Part shown: positions 10,701 to 23,695 of the stretch, in pieces
Numbering within the stretch: position 1 is the first letter of the stretch
Layout of the letters: each line of letters begins with the position of its first letter
Origin: Utricularia gibba
Taxonomy: Eukaryota; Plantae; Magnoliophyta
Direction: 5' to 3'
Length of the DNA: 64,000 nt
NCBI GenBank assembly: GCA_002189035.1
Contig: CM007991.1
Span: 4,650,001-4,714,000 of the forward strand
Notes under the pieces: model-generated
The model's input: only the letters and a program-made list of their open reading frames with translations
What the model was told of the DNA's origin: nothing
The model's database searches: none
Position numbers and translations under genes: made by a program

Positions 10701-13700
10701 GGCATAGAAGCTTTTGCTGGGTTGTTGGTACAGCGATGTTGGGTCCTTTTGGATGGTCCAGCAACAGCAGGATGACGCTTCCGAGTTGCTGCCTTAGCAG
10801 CACTTGTGCTTCTGGTAACCGGAGATGTGGAGCGTCAAGACATCGTGGGTCGTAAAATCATAGAATTTCCGGCGAGAGAAGGAAGAATTGGAACGTAGGT
10901 CAAAACAGCGAAGTGGGGTAACGGTCAGTAAAAATGGGAATTCCGAAAGATAAAAGGGAGATTGAGTGTGTAGAAATGGTTAAGGGAGTAAGTGGTGGCG
11001 TGGGGCAGATGAAAATAAAGTAACTTGGAATAGTGGGTGATAAAAATGAGGAAAGAGTAACGGTTACAAAATTAAAGTCATGGGTTGCCTCTCATGCAAC
11101 GCCAATTTACAGTCTTTGGCCGATTGTGACACCTGTTAATGAGCCTCGACTAGAAGTAAACTACACACAGCGTGTGGCTGAAATCTCTCATAAAATGGCT
11201 TCAGTCAATGTCTATTCACCTTAATGCTTTTCCCTGTAAAAAATGAACGAATAATAACAACACAACTTCATAAGGTGCAAGCCACTTAAAACATAATTTA
11301 CCGGGAAAGAGTTTAAAGGTGGTATCAAATAAGAGAAGTTTCTGACCTACTAAAAATTGCTTCCCATGCAACTTACCATGATGGAAGCGTTTTACCTTTT
11401 CCTTGTGCAGAAGCTGGTTAATGTAGGCATTGAGCCGAATTTCCTCTAGCTCATTTAGGTCTAAAAGTCTGTTCTCCCCTGCTTGATCACTAGTAAAGTT
11501 GCATGACTTGATGGCCCAGTATGCCCTGTGATGTAATTCAAAGGGTAGATGACATGCCTTACCATAGATCATTCGGTATGGAGATATTCCTATGGGATTC
11601 TTGTAAGCTGTATGGTATGCCCAAAGTGCATCATTGAGCCTTGAGCTCCAATCTCGCCTATTTGGGTTGACGGTACGCTCCAATATCCTTTTCACCTCTC
11701 TATTTGACACTTCCGCCATTCCATTTGTTTGGGGATGTCTAGCTGTTGATAGGCGGTGGTTGACTCCATATTTGGCCAATGCACTCTTGATAGCATGATT
11801 CACAAAATGAGTGCCATGATATGAAATAATAATCTTGGGATGTCCAAACCTAGGAAACAAGATGTTACTCAAGAAATTACCCACGGTTTTGGCATCATCC
11901 CTTTCACAAGCAATGGCTTCCACCCATTTAAAAACATAATCTACATCAAGAAGGATGTAGAGTTTCCCTTGAGAAAGGGGAAATGGTCCCATGAAGTCAA
12001 TGCCGCATGCATCAAAGATCTTGCACATGATAATGGGTTGAAGGGGCATTTGATCCTTGTATCCCATATTTCCTCCTCTGTGCAATTTGGGCATGCTTTG
12101 CAATGAAGGTAGGTATCCTTAAATATTGTAGGTCAATAAAATCGAGCCTCCAGAACCTTCTTTGCAGTAACTTTTGCACCAAAATGTCCACCGCAAGGTA
12201 GCTCATGGCAATGTGAAAGAATAGAGTGCACTTCATCTTAAGGGATGCATCTCCTAATAATATGATCAACTCCAATTTTCTAGAGATATGGATCGTCTTA
12301 GATAAATTAGGCTGTCACTCCTCAATTTCTCCTTCTGGTAGTGCTGGAAATCTGTAGGAAATTGTCTAGTCACTAAAAAATTCACGATGTCAACATACCA
12401 AGGATTCTCATCATGGATCATGAATATGTGCTCGTCCAGGAAGCTGCCATCGATAAGACTTGATTTTTCTCCAGAAATGATGTAGCTGAGATGGTCTGCC
12501 ACTAAATTCTCGCATCCTTTCTTGCCCTTGATCTCCAAGTCAAATTCTTGAAGCAATAAAATCCATCTAATGAGTCTAGACTTCGAATCCTTCTTGGTGA
12601 AGGTATCTCAATGCGGCATGGTTCAAATAGACTATCACTTTGGCTCCTAGCAAATAAGATCGAAATTTCTCCAGGGCAAATACAATGGCCAGCAGCAAAT
12701 TTTCTGTAGTGGTGTAGCTCTTTTGGGCATCATCAAGGCACTTGGACGCATAGTAGATAACATGGGATTGTTTCTCCACCTTTTGTCCCAAAACTGCACC
12801 TAGAGCTACGTCACTTGCATCGCATATTAGTTCAAAGTGTAGACTCCAATTTGGAGCTTGAATAATGGGAGCTCAAACAAGCTTCTCTTTCAAAACATCA
12901 AAGGCATGTATGCATTTTTCATCAAAATGAAACTCAACATCTTCATGCAATAAGGCACACAAAAGAGATGCAATTTCTGAAAAATCTTGAATAAATCTAG
13001 AATAAAATCCAGCATGTCCAAGGAAAGAACGTATATTTCTTACACAAGTGGGACAAGTTAATTTCTGGATTACCTCAATCTTGGCCTTGTCAACTTCAAT
13101 TCCCTTTTGGGAAACAACATGTCCTAAAATGATACCTTGTTCTACCATGGAATGACATTTCTCATAATTCAAAACAAGGTTAGTCTCAACACAATGCTTC
13201 AAAGTCAATGATAAATTAGCAAGACAAGTCATCCATAAAAACCTCAATAATATTCTCAACGTATTCAGAAAAAATGGTCATCATGCATCTCTGAAATGTT
13301 GATGGTGCATTGCAAAGTCGAAAAGGCATTTTATGGTAAGCAAAAGTACCAAAGGGGCAAACAACACAACCTTAGATTGGTCCTCAAGAGCCACGGGTAT
13401 TTGATGGAAACCAGAGTGTCCATCTAAGCAGCAATAATGGCTCCTTCCAGCAAGTCTTTCCAACATTTGGTCGATGAATGGAAGTGGGTAGTGGTCCTTC
13501 TTTATGGTAGTGTGAGTTTTCGGTAATCTACGCACATTCGCCAGCCATTTTGCACTCTGGTAGGCAAGAGTTCCCCTTGGTCATTGGCCATGACTATGAT
13601 ACATGTTTCCTTTGGGACAACCTGCACAGGGATAACCCACTCGCTATCAGAGATAGAATAGATTATACCTGCAGCCAATAACTTCAGAATCTCCTTCTTG

Positions 13701-16700
13701 ACCACTTCAATCATAGGAGGGTTCAATCTCCTTTGGGGTTGGCGAATTGGCTTGGTACCCTCCTCCAAATAGATGCGGTGTGTGCATATGGAGAGGCTTA
13801 TTCCTTTGATATCTGCCAATGTACACCCAATTGCCTGTTTGTGCTCCTGGAACACACTCTTGAGTTTTTCCTCCTGTTTCAGGGTTAGAGTACTAGAGAT
13901 AATAACAGGTAAAGTCTCATTTTCACCCAGAAATAAATATTTCAAATGCTCAGGCAGAGTTTTTAACTCTAGTAATGGGGCATGAATAATAGAAAGAATC
14001 AGCAATTTCTCAGGCATTTCTAAATTTAGAAAAGCAACGTCAGAAAATTCAGGTTTTTCAGGAAAACAATCAAGATAACGTAAAAGTTCAGAATCAGAAA
14101 AAGAAATACTATCAAAATTAAAGTTATCAGTGAGGCATTTGAGCAAGGGATCTTGCTCATGACCATCACTAAGTGTTCTACATCTGCATCAGATGTAGAT
14201 ATTGAGCAAATCTCGTTAATTTGGTCCGGATATTGCATGGCTTTGTCTAGGCTGAAGTCCAGCACCTGTACATCGAAATGTAGGGAAATTGTGCTGGCTT
14301 GGACATTAATTTTGGTGTTTGCAGTAGCCATAAACAGTCGTCCCAAAATGATGGACTCCGAAATCATTGGATTTTCGCTCTCCATGGGAATAACTAAAAA
14401 GTCAGTAGGAAAAATCAAATCTTGAACATGCACAAACACGTCATCAACTCTACCATCAGGCTTCACATGTGATTTATCAGCTAATTGACAAACAACACTA
14501 GTAGGCTCAAGTTTACCTTGCTTAGATGCAAGAGAAAGATAAAGAGACGTAGGCATAACATTAACCGCTGCTCTTAAATCACACATGGCTACTGAAATTT
14601 TAATCTCACCAATAGTAACAGGTATGAAAAACATACCTGGATCCTTGCACTTTCGTGGAAGCCTTCTCTAAATAATTGATGAAATATTTTCAGTCAAAGG
14701 AATTACCTCTTCCACTTTTGCGTTCTTCTTCGGGTAGCACAAATCCTTCAACATTTTTGCACATTTCGGCACTTGATCTATCATGTCCAGCAAAGGAATG
14801 ATCACGTTCACCTTCTTCATCACCTCCATGAATGCTTTCAGTCCACGTTTGTCCTTGCTCATCCTTCAGAGTCTCATAGGAAAAGGAGGTGGAATGACTA
14901 AAGACTTAGGATGATCAACTTCTTGCGTCTCCTTCTCCTTCACTTCTTCAGGTGGCATCAGTATTGCAGTGTTCTGAACTGGAGAATCGTCAGGATTCTC
15001 TAAAATAATTTCCTCACCCATGTCATCATCGTCGTCCAAGACTTCTACTTCTTTTTCTTCGGATTTGTCCGCCTTAGTCATGAACCATGGGTAAGGTTCT
15101 GGTAGCTCCTTCCCGCTTCTCAAAGATATTGCGTTGATGTGCTCTGGGTTCTTCACTGGCTGGGATGGCAGTGCTCCTTGAGTCTACAGTCGGTTCATGG
15201 CTTGAACCAGCTACGTGATTTGAGTTTGCATGCTTGTGATTCGTCCATCCATATCTTTTTGCACTGCATGCATTTTGGTGGTGCTCTTGGCAATGGACTT
15301 CACCATGGACTCCAGATTATGATTCGGCTTATAAGGAACAAGAGGTTGATCTGGAACTCCACTGATTTGTAAAGGTTGAGGCGAAGCAATGAGAGTTTTC
15401 TAAGTAACAGCAGAAGGGTTCCCTAGTGATGGCCCTTGACCAGGAGGTACTGGTTGTCTCCAGCAGAAACCAGGATGGTCTCTTCTCGGCATTTGATAGT
15501 TTCCGTAGTTGTAAGTTTCTCCTTGGTTCTGATAAAATGCATTCACCTCTTCTACTAGCATCTCGTGTATCATAGGTCCTGGATCAGAAAGATGAGAGGT
15601 TGAAGATCCTTGATACCTTCCTTGTTGTTGGAGAAGTGATTGGAGGCCAACCTTCAAGGTATCACTCATAGCAGCAAGTTGAGCTAAAACTTCAGAATTG
15701 TCCACTTCATGCACTGTTTTTACAGGCTGAGAAATTCCTCCAGGTGCTAGATATGAGTAATCATAACGACTGGAAGTAGAATAAGAGTTAGCAGCTATTT
15801 GTTCTATCAATCTTCGAGCGTCAGTGCTGTGGCGGTTCTCTAGTAATGACCCATTACAAGCGGCATCCATTTGTCCTCTAATCATGGGGTCAGTCCTTCA
15901 TAAAAATGTTGCAAAATTTGACCTTCAGTAAGTCCATGCTGTGGATATATGTTACAGATCCGGTTGAATCTGTCATAATATTCTTGTAAATTTTCGCCTT
16001 CACTTTGTAGCATGGTGGCTAAAACTCTTCTTCCCACGGAAGCTCTTCCTAAAGGCGCATATCGATCAAGAAACTTTTGAACCATTTGCTCCTAGGTTGC
16101 AATAGAGGATGGTGGTAGTCCATACAACCACTCCAAGACTCACTCAATGAGACTGAAAGGGAAGACCCGCAACTTGACTTGGTTCTCCGTGGCACCTTTT
16201 GGGCGCATGAATGCATAAGCTGTGTGCAACTCTCTAAGATGACGATTTGGGTCGTCATTTTCTCTCCCAGCGAACTTAGGAAGTGGCTGGAATACATATG
16301 GGTGAAGCTCAAAGTCATCTTCTGCGTCAAAGATGATACAAAGTGGTTCGTCAGCATGGTTGGCAGTGATTTCTTCTTTTATGATCCTTAGTGTTGGCCC
16401 ATGATTAGTGATTGGCAGAACTGGAAAAAATTGAGGATGCTATTGCTGTTGTTCTCCGTGCATTGTGGGGACTCCAGTAGGTGGTTGAGCATCCATTTCT
16501 TTGTCAGGAGATAGCTTTGAAGTTTGTTCCCTCTTTTTCGCCAGAAATCTGCGCTCAATCTCCGGATCTAAAAGGCACAAGATTTCTCAGTACGATCTCA
16601 AGCTTCGGTGACCTTTTGGTGAAGCTGAATGCATAAAAACAGAGAAAAACAGCAGCAAAACGAAAATAAAAGAAAAACAAGAAGAAAGAAAGAAAAAGAA

Positions 16701-16744
16701 AAAAAGAAAAACAATACACAACATTACACACAAAAATACACAAC

Positions 16745-16762
16745 TCCCTGGCAATGGCACCA
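16745..16762 (-). promoter_or_regulatory. Degenerate tRNA-Asp PBS typical of Athila
   Basis: Minus strand TGGTGCCATTGCCAGGGA versus canonical TGGCGCCGTTGCCGGGGA; LTR terminus TGTTG at 16769. Confidence 0.8.
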
Positions 16763-16768
16763 AAAATT

Positions 16769-17298
16769 TGTTGCGTGTCGTTTCCTCAACAAATTTTAAA
16801 TATTTATAAAGCGTAAAACACAAAAAGCGTAGTACGAGTATCGATCTCAGGGAGTTGTTTTTCGTGAAAAGTGTTTGTAAGAAACTTTTACAAAATGTCA
16901 CGGTTTTGCAAAAGGGGGTTTTTAAGATGTAGAAATAAAAGTTATAACCTAAGTAATGGGCATTGACTACAAGACGCAGTTCTTGGGAATAAGATTCCGT
17001 CTCCTTCCTTCGTCCATCCTTGCCTCGGTTTTCACTAATTTCTTCCAAATAGCTGGTTATAGGAGCAAGGAATAGCCTACTCTCCGTTATACTCTGATTG
17101 ACAAGGAGGCATGGGAATAGCCTCATGTGATTCCCCCTTGGACGATTAGGAAGACAAGAGGATTGCCTTCGATTGCCGTCAAAACCGAATTGCGCATATC
17201 TACCCAGCTATTGCCAATGGCCAGTGCCAGGTCCGAGGTCACAACCTGTCCACTATCGCGGTACCTATGCCACAAAAAATCCGCTACTTCCCTCAAAC
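16769..17298 (-). repeat. Truncated Athila 5' LTR
   Basis: Starts TGTTG next to the PBS, carries a GTATCGATCTCAGGGA motif, and stops where homology to 47925-48219 begins. Confidence 0.65.
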
Positions 17299-17913
17299 CG
17301 GGTTGACTTCCATCATTGAATATGGATTCATTGAATTCCAAATACATTGTTGCCTCATCAATTCCTAAATTGTGCTTTTCAAACTTCCTTTGTTTATATT
17401 ATGCATCATAAAAAAATGTGGCATACATTGGAGTAGCCCTAATTCCCAAAATTTATGACCCAATTATTGGGTTGTACTCTCTTTAGTTATGCTTCTCTAA
17501 CATAAAATACTTAAAGATGGTTAAATATTGAATAAAAAACATTTTCAAATGTGTTAAGTTAAATTCTATATTTGCTTGAATTCTACCCATAATACCTTAA
17601 TGACATGCAGAGTGTTTGGAATGTGGTTCAGATCAATTTCAAATTCAGACAAGAAGTTGATCAAGCTGTTGTAGTCTTTTTTCTATGCACTTTTGAGAGA
17701 AGATGGGGAATTTCTCTAATACTTGAACCAAGGCAAAGATTAGGAAAAGCTTCTCTCAAAGCTTGTAGATAGTTGACTTTAAAAAAATTTTCAGCTCTTC
17801 ACTTAGCTTCTATTATTTGTTTTCATGCTTGAATTAACATTCAATCTTCATCTAGTTTCCATTAATGTTTAGTCAGCTCTCCATTTAGTCTTCAGTTTTT
17901 TGTTTCCAGCCAT
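17299..17913 (-). pseudogene. Myb/SANT-like ORF remnant of PIF/Harbinger type, copy 1
   Basis: MAGNKKLKTKW, EAFPNLCLGS, KKDYNSLINFL, YGNGRA-like motifs; homologous to 47570-48219 plus 51808-52122. Confidence 0.6.
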
Positions 17914-18281
17914 GATTTACTACAACAAGCCAAACAAACAAGCATCATCTAAGTAACTATAAAGAGAGAAAAGCATGATCATCATGATAAACAAACAACC
18001 CACTTTTCAAATAAAAAAGCCTCAAGTAAGTAACTACAAAGAAAGAAAAAAAAACCACTTTTCAAATGGATGCTGTAGCGAATTGAAAACAATACACATG
18101 TAACCTACAATCAGTATAGGAGCAAAGAATACATCAACATACAAATAGAGAGATATTAAACAAAGAATCATGATGTCATATTATAAACAAGAAAACATGA
18201 TTTTTACGACAAAACACATCACAAAGTATACCTATGAAGAAAAACATGAAAGATAACACACGAAATACATACACTTGTAAT

Positions 18282-18603
18282 TGTTGATGCAAGAAAAAGA
18301 GAGTCTCGGGAAGTAACAAAAAGGTAATGCTTCTGAGATCACCTTGGATGAAAAATGACTCATGAACAATAAGAATGACCAAAACCTTCATTGACACGCA
18401 TTCCTAATAGGGTTTATATATACCCAATACCTAGGTTACCCAACAGTGGGCCACAATTATTGAAAACACACAAAAAGCCCAACAACTCGAATCCAACACT
18501 TCCATGCTCGAACTCAACACCTTTTATCTGAAATATAACATTATGACACAAGATTAGTGCTTCCAATCACCTTCAAACTTTGGATTGAGGCTGATCTCCA
18601 ACA
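18282..18603 (-). repeat. Copia A 3' LTR (322 bp)
   Basis: 5 substitutions plus an 8-bp indel versus the 5' LTR (manual count); PPT CTCCCCCC at 18604-18611. Confidence 0.97.
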
Positions 18604-21600
18604 CTCCCCCCAGAGCGAGATCTCCCAACTTGAGAAAGTCTTCTATAGTCATGAGATTCATGTTCTTCCTTGCTTGCTCAAACTGAACTCTGTTCAAACC
18701 TTTGGTGAGCCCATCAGCAAGCTGATTCCCACTCTCAACATACTGCACTTTAATCTTCTTCTCCTTGATGTAATTCCTTATGACATGATACCTGATTCTT
18801 ATGTGCTTGGCTTTGCTGAAGTTCGTTGGCTCTTTGGCAATGGAGATTGCAGCTCGATTATCCATAAGCAGATGTGTAGCTTCCTCTTGTATGAATCCAA
18901 GTTCGTTTAGCATCTGCCTCAACCAAACACAATAGTTCGAAGCATGTGCTGCTGAGATGTATTCTGCTTCAGCTGTTGATTGTGCTACCACTTGTTGTTT
19001 CTTCGAAAACCAGACTACAGGACTCTTATTTAAGAAGAAGAGTGCACCAGATGTGCTCTTGCTATCTTCAGCCATACCATAATCACTATCTGAGTAGGCT
19101 CTAAGTTTCAAGACTGGTTTTTCACCTTTATAGGGATAGAACAATCCGAAATCAGTAGTAGATTTTATGTACCTGAAAGCTCTTTTCACAGCTGCCATGT
19201 GAGTTGTTGTTGGTTTGTTGAGGAAGCGAGATAAGACATTTACACAAAAACACAAGTCAGGCCTTGTATGCTGGAGATAAATGAGGCTTCCAATCATACT
19301 TCTATAAGTAGTGGCATCCACATTCCTTCCCTGATTGTTCTCTCCAATCACTTGTTTGTAATCCAAAGGCGTTTTTGAAGGATTGACATCTTTGAACCCA
19401 AACCTTTCAAGAAGTTCATTACAGTACTTTTTCTGAGATATGAATGTTCCAACACCTTCAAGTTGATGAATTTCCATGCCTAGATAATAGGACATCATTC
19501 CAAGGTCAGTCATCTTGAATTCATTTTTGAGTAGAGCTTTGAATTCCTCAATCTTCCTTTCATTACCTGAGGTAATCATAAGATCATCCACATATAAGCT
19601 AATAAATAAACGATCATCTTCTTTTCCTTTAACATATAATGAGTAATCACTATATGTTTTTCTGAAACCAATACCCTGGAGAAAGTTATCCATGCGTTCA
19701 TTCCATGCTCTAGGAGCTTGCTTCAACCCATAGAGAGATTTATTTAGCTTCAATACCTTGTCTTCATGACCTGACACTTCGAAGCCCTTTGGTTGTTCAA
19801 CAAAAACAACCTCCTCCAACACACCATTCAAGAACGCAGTCTTGACATCCATGTGATGCACTTTCCATCCATGAGCAGCTGAAATGGCAAGAAGTACTTT
19901 AATCGTGTTGAAATGGCAAGAAGTACTTTAATCGTGTCAAATCTTGCTACTGGTGCAAAAATCTCATGAAAATTTATTCCTTTGATCTGACTATATCCCT
20001 TGGCTACTAATCTAGCCTTATATTTGTTGATAGAGCCATCTGCATTCATCTTGGTTTTGAATAACCACTTGAGGCCAATAGGTTTGAAACCCCTATCCTT
20101 GGGTTTCTCAACTAATTCCCATGTTTCATTTTCAAGTATAGAATTCATTTCTTCCTTCATGGCCTCTCTTCATTTAGGATTTTGTACAGCCACTTCAAAT
20201 GATGTTGGATCTCCTGTTAATAATCCAGCCAAAATATCAGCCACAGCATCGTGGACATCATCATTCAACTTGGAGAAACTTATTGTAGGAGCCTTGTTTC
20301 TTTTGCTTCTTCTAATGTCAGTAACATGACTATCTTCATTATCTATTGAATCTCTGATGTTTTTGCGTTTCCTCCTTTGCCAATCACGATTAGATGGGTA
20401 ATAATCTTCATCATTAGTATCAGGTTCCTCTCCATTAGATTCATCTGTTGATGAGTCTTCTACATTCGTGCCTTGCTCCTCTTCTGGGATTTCGAAATTC
20501 CCATCTGAAGGTTGATCATTGGCCTGATGAGATCGTCCATATAGGGGTTCAGAGTTTGATTCTGAATTCTCATTGGACGAGCCATCTTGATTTGTGACCT
20601 TCTCCTCCTCTTGAGCTGGAAAATTCTCATCTGAATGCTGATCATTTACTTGATTTGAATCTTCATGAACGAGTTCTGAAGTTTCTTGGTTTGTTGAATT
20701 GCTGGAAGAGAAGTTTTGAGGCATGTGTGTCCAGAGGTCTCCTTTCACATGGGTGCTATGCCTTTCAAGACTTTTATGAGCTTCTGCATCATTCAGAGCA
20801 ATGCAATCATCAATTAAAGTATACCTTGCACCTTCATTAAAAGTAACATCATGGCTGAGGATAAATTTCTTCTGTTGAGGTAGATAAACTTTATATCCCT
20901 TGGTAGTGTTGCTATAACCAACAAATACACCAGATACAGATTTCTTTTCAAGTTTTCCTCGTTTTTGGTCTGGTATATGAGTAAAACACAGACTACCAAA
21001 GATTTTGAGATGATCAACCTTTTTAATATAACCATGTCATTTTTCATGGGCGGTTTTTCCACTAATCGCCCTTGAGGGAAGCAAGTTCAACAGATATACA
21101 GATGTAGATACCGCTTCAGCCCAGAAACTTACAGGAATACCTTTCTCAAACAATAGGCATCTTGATATATCAAGGATTGTTCTGTTTCTCCTTTCACATA
21201 TACTATTCTGTTGTGGAGAATATGGTACGGTGAATTGATGCATAATTCCCTCATTTTCACAGAACATTCTCATGCTATTATTGTAGAATTCGCCTCCATT
21301 GTCTGATCTAATCATCTTCAAAGAGCATCCACTCTGATTCTCAACCATCACTTTGAATTTTCGAAAGATATGAGGAACTTCTGACTTGCTTTTAAGAAAG
21401 TAAACCCAACAATAACGTGAATAATCATCAATGAATGTAACAAAGTATCTACTCCCCCCTAATGAACATTCCTTAAATGGTCCACAAACATCTGTATGCA
21501 CAAGCTCTAATATCTCCTTTGCTACTGAATCACTGGAATAAAAGGGCTTTCTACACTGTTTACCTTGATGACACACTTCACATATGGCATTAGCAAACTT

Positions 21601-23247
21601 GATGTCTTTCAATTCCAGTACTTCCTTATTCTTCTGCAATATTTTCAGATTGTTGAAGCTATAGTGCCCAAAACGTTTGTGCCAAAGGCTGCTTTGATCT
21701 TGAAGTGAGAAAATACAACTTTTATGATCACTGACCATGATTTGGTAGAGGTTGTAGGTGGTCAACACAGCATGGAATTCAATCTTCGTTTTTGGATCAG
21801 CAACCTTAACTGTAGTGGTTATACCACCAGCATCTTTCATCAGCTCAATGTCAAAACCTTGCCTGCTCAATTGGCCAAAGCTCAACAGGTTCTGTTTGAG
21901 GTTTGGTGAATAATAAAAATCATCAACTTGAACAATTCCTTCTTTTAGCAAGAGTAAAATGCTTCCTTTGCCCACAATGCCAATATTTTCACCACTGCAC
22001 GTGCTTACCTCCTTCCCAATCCTTTCAAGCTTGAGAAATGACCTTGTATCACAACATACATGATAGGAGGCGCCAGAGTCCAAGTACCAGCCTTTAGCAT
22101 CTGAGGCTACTGTCATTAGAGCACACTCATACTCAAAAGGATCTTCAAAAGATATTTCTGGCTCATCCTCAAAGTAGGTAAAGGATGCATGTGATTTCTC
22201 TTCCCTGGAAGTAGCCTTCTTGTTATGCTCAACTTTTATTGGATTTGACATTCCACATACCTTGTCAAGATGGCCTCTTTGATTGCATTTCGTGCACAAA
22301 GCATCAGGCTTCCACCAACAAAACTCACTCCTTTGATTCTGTTTGTTACAATGCTTGCAAGCATTTGTGCTTAAAGTCCAACAATCTTCACTCTTATGGT
22401 TGGATTTGTCACAATGCCTGCACTTCTGATTGCCCATCGTTGATGTGGGGATTGACGTTGGTGATTGTTTGATGGCTGTTGTCTTGACATTCTTGACATT
22501 GTTAATTGCACCTGAGGTTATATTCATATTCTGCATTTTGGTGAGAAGAGCAGCTTCACCATAAGTTTTCTCAACTTCATAACCATCTCTTAGTTCCAAT
22601 CTCTTTTCTGTAGATTGCAACTCAATCATGAGCTCTCTAAATGTTGGCTCTGGTGTAACAGGATATTCAGGATACAGCTGATGAAGCTTTCCTTCAATAA
22701 TATCAAGGATTTTTCTTTCTGTCTCAAGTGCACATAACTTTGGCTCGAATCTTGCAGGTAGGCTCATGGTTGCCTTGCTAATCACCTTTTGATCCTCAAG
22801 TTTTTCCCCCAATCCTCGAATCTCCTTCACAAGCTTCGCAGTACGTTCATAATAGACTTGTATGGTTTCATTGTCTAACATTTTGTTCCTCTCAAAGTCC
22901 TCCAACTTGTTTTTGCATAATATCTCTCTGAGTTTGGCATCACCTTCATAATGGGATTTGAGAGTATCCCATATTTCTTTTGCTGATTGACACTCTGCAA
23001 TATCATCAAATAGATGTTCAAAGATGGCTTAATACAAGGCATCCATTGCTTCATCTTTTCTCTGTTGAAGATATTCAGCTTCCTCTTGCTGTTCTGATGT
23101 GGATTTGCTTGTTATTGTAATCGTCGGAATCTCCCTTTCAACAACATCCCAAATCTTTCTGACCCGCAGGTAGCTGCGCATCTTTTTGACCCAGCTTCCA
23201 TACTCTGAACCATCAAATATTGGAGGTCCTCTACCAGATGCCATCAT
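18554..23247 (-). pseudogene. gag-pol: Copia A gag-pol, interrupted by 3 stops and 1 frameshift
   Basis: ATG at 23247 (MMASGRGPPIFDG); stops at 23029, 21037 and 20170; frameshift at 19880-19937; WYLDSGAS, RSDNGGEF, LYVDDL, YSDSDY. Confidence 0.93.
19880..19937. repeat. 29-bp tandem duplication frameshifting RT of copia A
   Basis: TGAAATGGCAAGAAGTACTTTAATCGTGT x2; single copy in copia B. Confidence 0.95.
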
Positions 23248-23353
23248 AGCCACCGCTTGAAAAGCTTTGGGTTGATACTTTGTAATCCACCAAGTAAAAA
23301 ACGCTGAACGGTAAATAAAATACTGAAACGAGCACAGGTTTGAGAACCTTACT

Positions 23354-23365
23354 GCTCCGATACCA
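23354..23365 (-). promoter_or_regulatory. PBS, tRNA-iMet variant
   Basis: Minus strand TGGTATCGGAGC abutting the LTR; same variant in copy B at 59516-59527. Confidence 0.92.
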
Positions 23366-23695
23366 TGTTGATGCAAGAAAAAGAGAGTCTCGGGAAGTAA
23401 CAAAAAGGTAATGCTTCTGAGATCACCTTGGATGAAAAACGACTCATGAACAATAAGAATCACCAAAACCCTCATTGACACGCATTCCTAGTAGGGTTTA
23501 TATATACCCAATACCTAGGTTACCCAACAGTGGGCCACAATTATTGAAAACACACAAAAAGCAAAAAAGCCCAACAACTCGAATCCAACACTTTCATGCT
23601 CGAACTCAACACCTTTTATCTGAAATATAACATTATGACACAAGATTAGTGCTTCCAATCACCTTCAAACTTTGGATTGAGGCTGATCTCCAACA
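23366..23695 (-). repeat. Copia A 5' LTR (330 bp)
   Basis: 322-bp unit plus an 8-bp AAAAAAGC duplication. Confidence 0.97.

Larger units (their letters stand above)
10730..17298 (-). mobile_element. Decayed Athila-type Ty3/gypsy element: partial 5' LTR, PBS, gag, pol; 3' end lost
   Basis: Fragmented ORFs: [54 protein letters not shown]; many stops and frameshifts. Left limit approximate. Confidence 0.88.
18282..23695 (-). mobile_element. Full-length Ty1/copia element (Ivana-like), copy A, TSD GTAAT
   Basis: TGTTG..CAACA LTRs; GTAAT at 18277-18281 and 23696-23700; PBS, PPT; gag-PR-INT-RT-RH order. Confidence 0.97.

Noticed and set aside
16587-17126. 179-aa ORF
   Set aside because: Spans the Athila LTR, PBS and T-rich leader; compositional artefact.
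18554-18611. Copia pol reading through the PPT into the 3' LTR, with 6 vs 7 C in the two copies
   Set aside because: Short overlap is common in copia elements and the tail has no recognisable domain.
23248-23481. N-terminal extension of the gag ORF (MSMRVLV...; also 59410-59643)
   Set aside because: The frame merely runs through the LTR and PBS; the likely start is MMASGRG.
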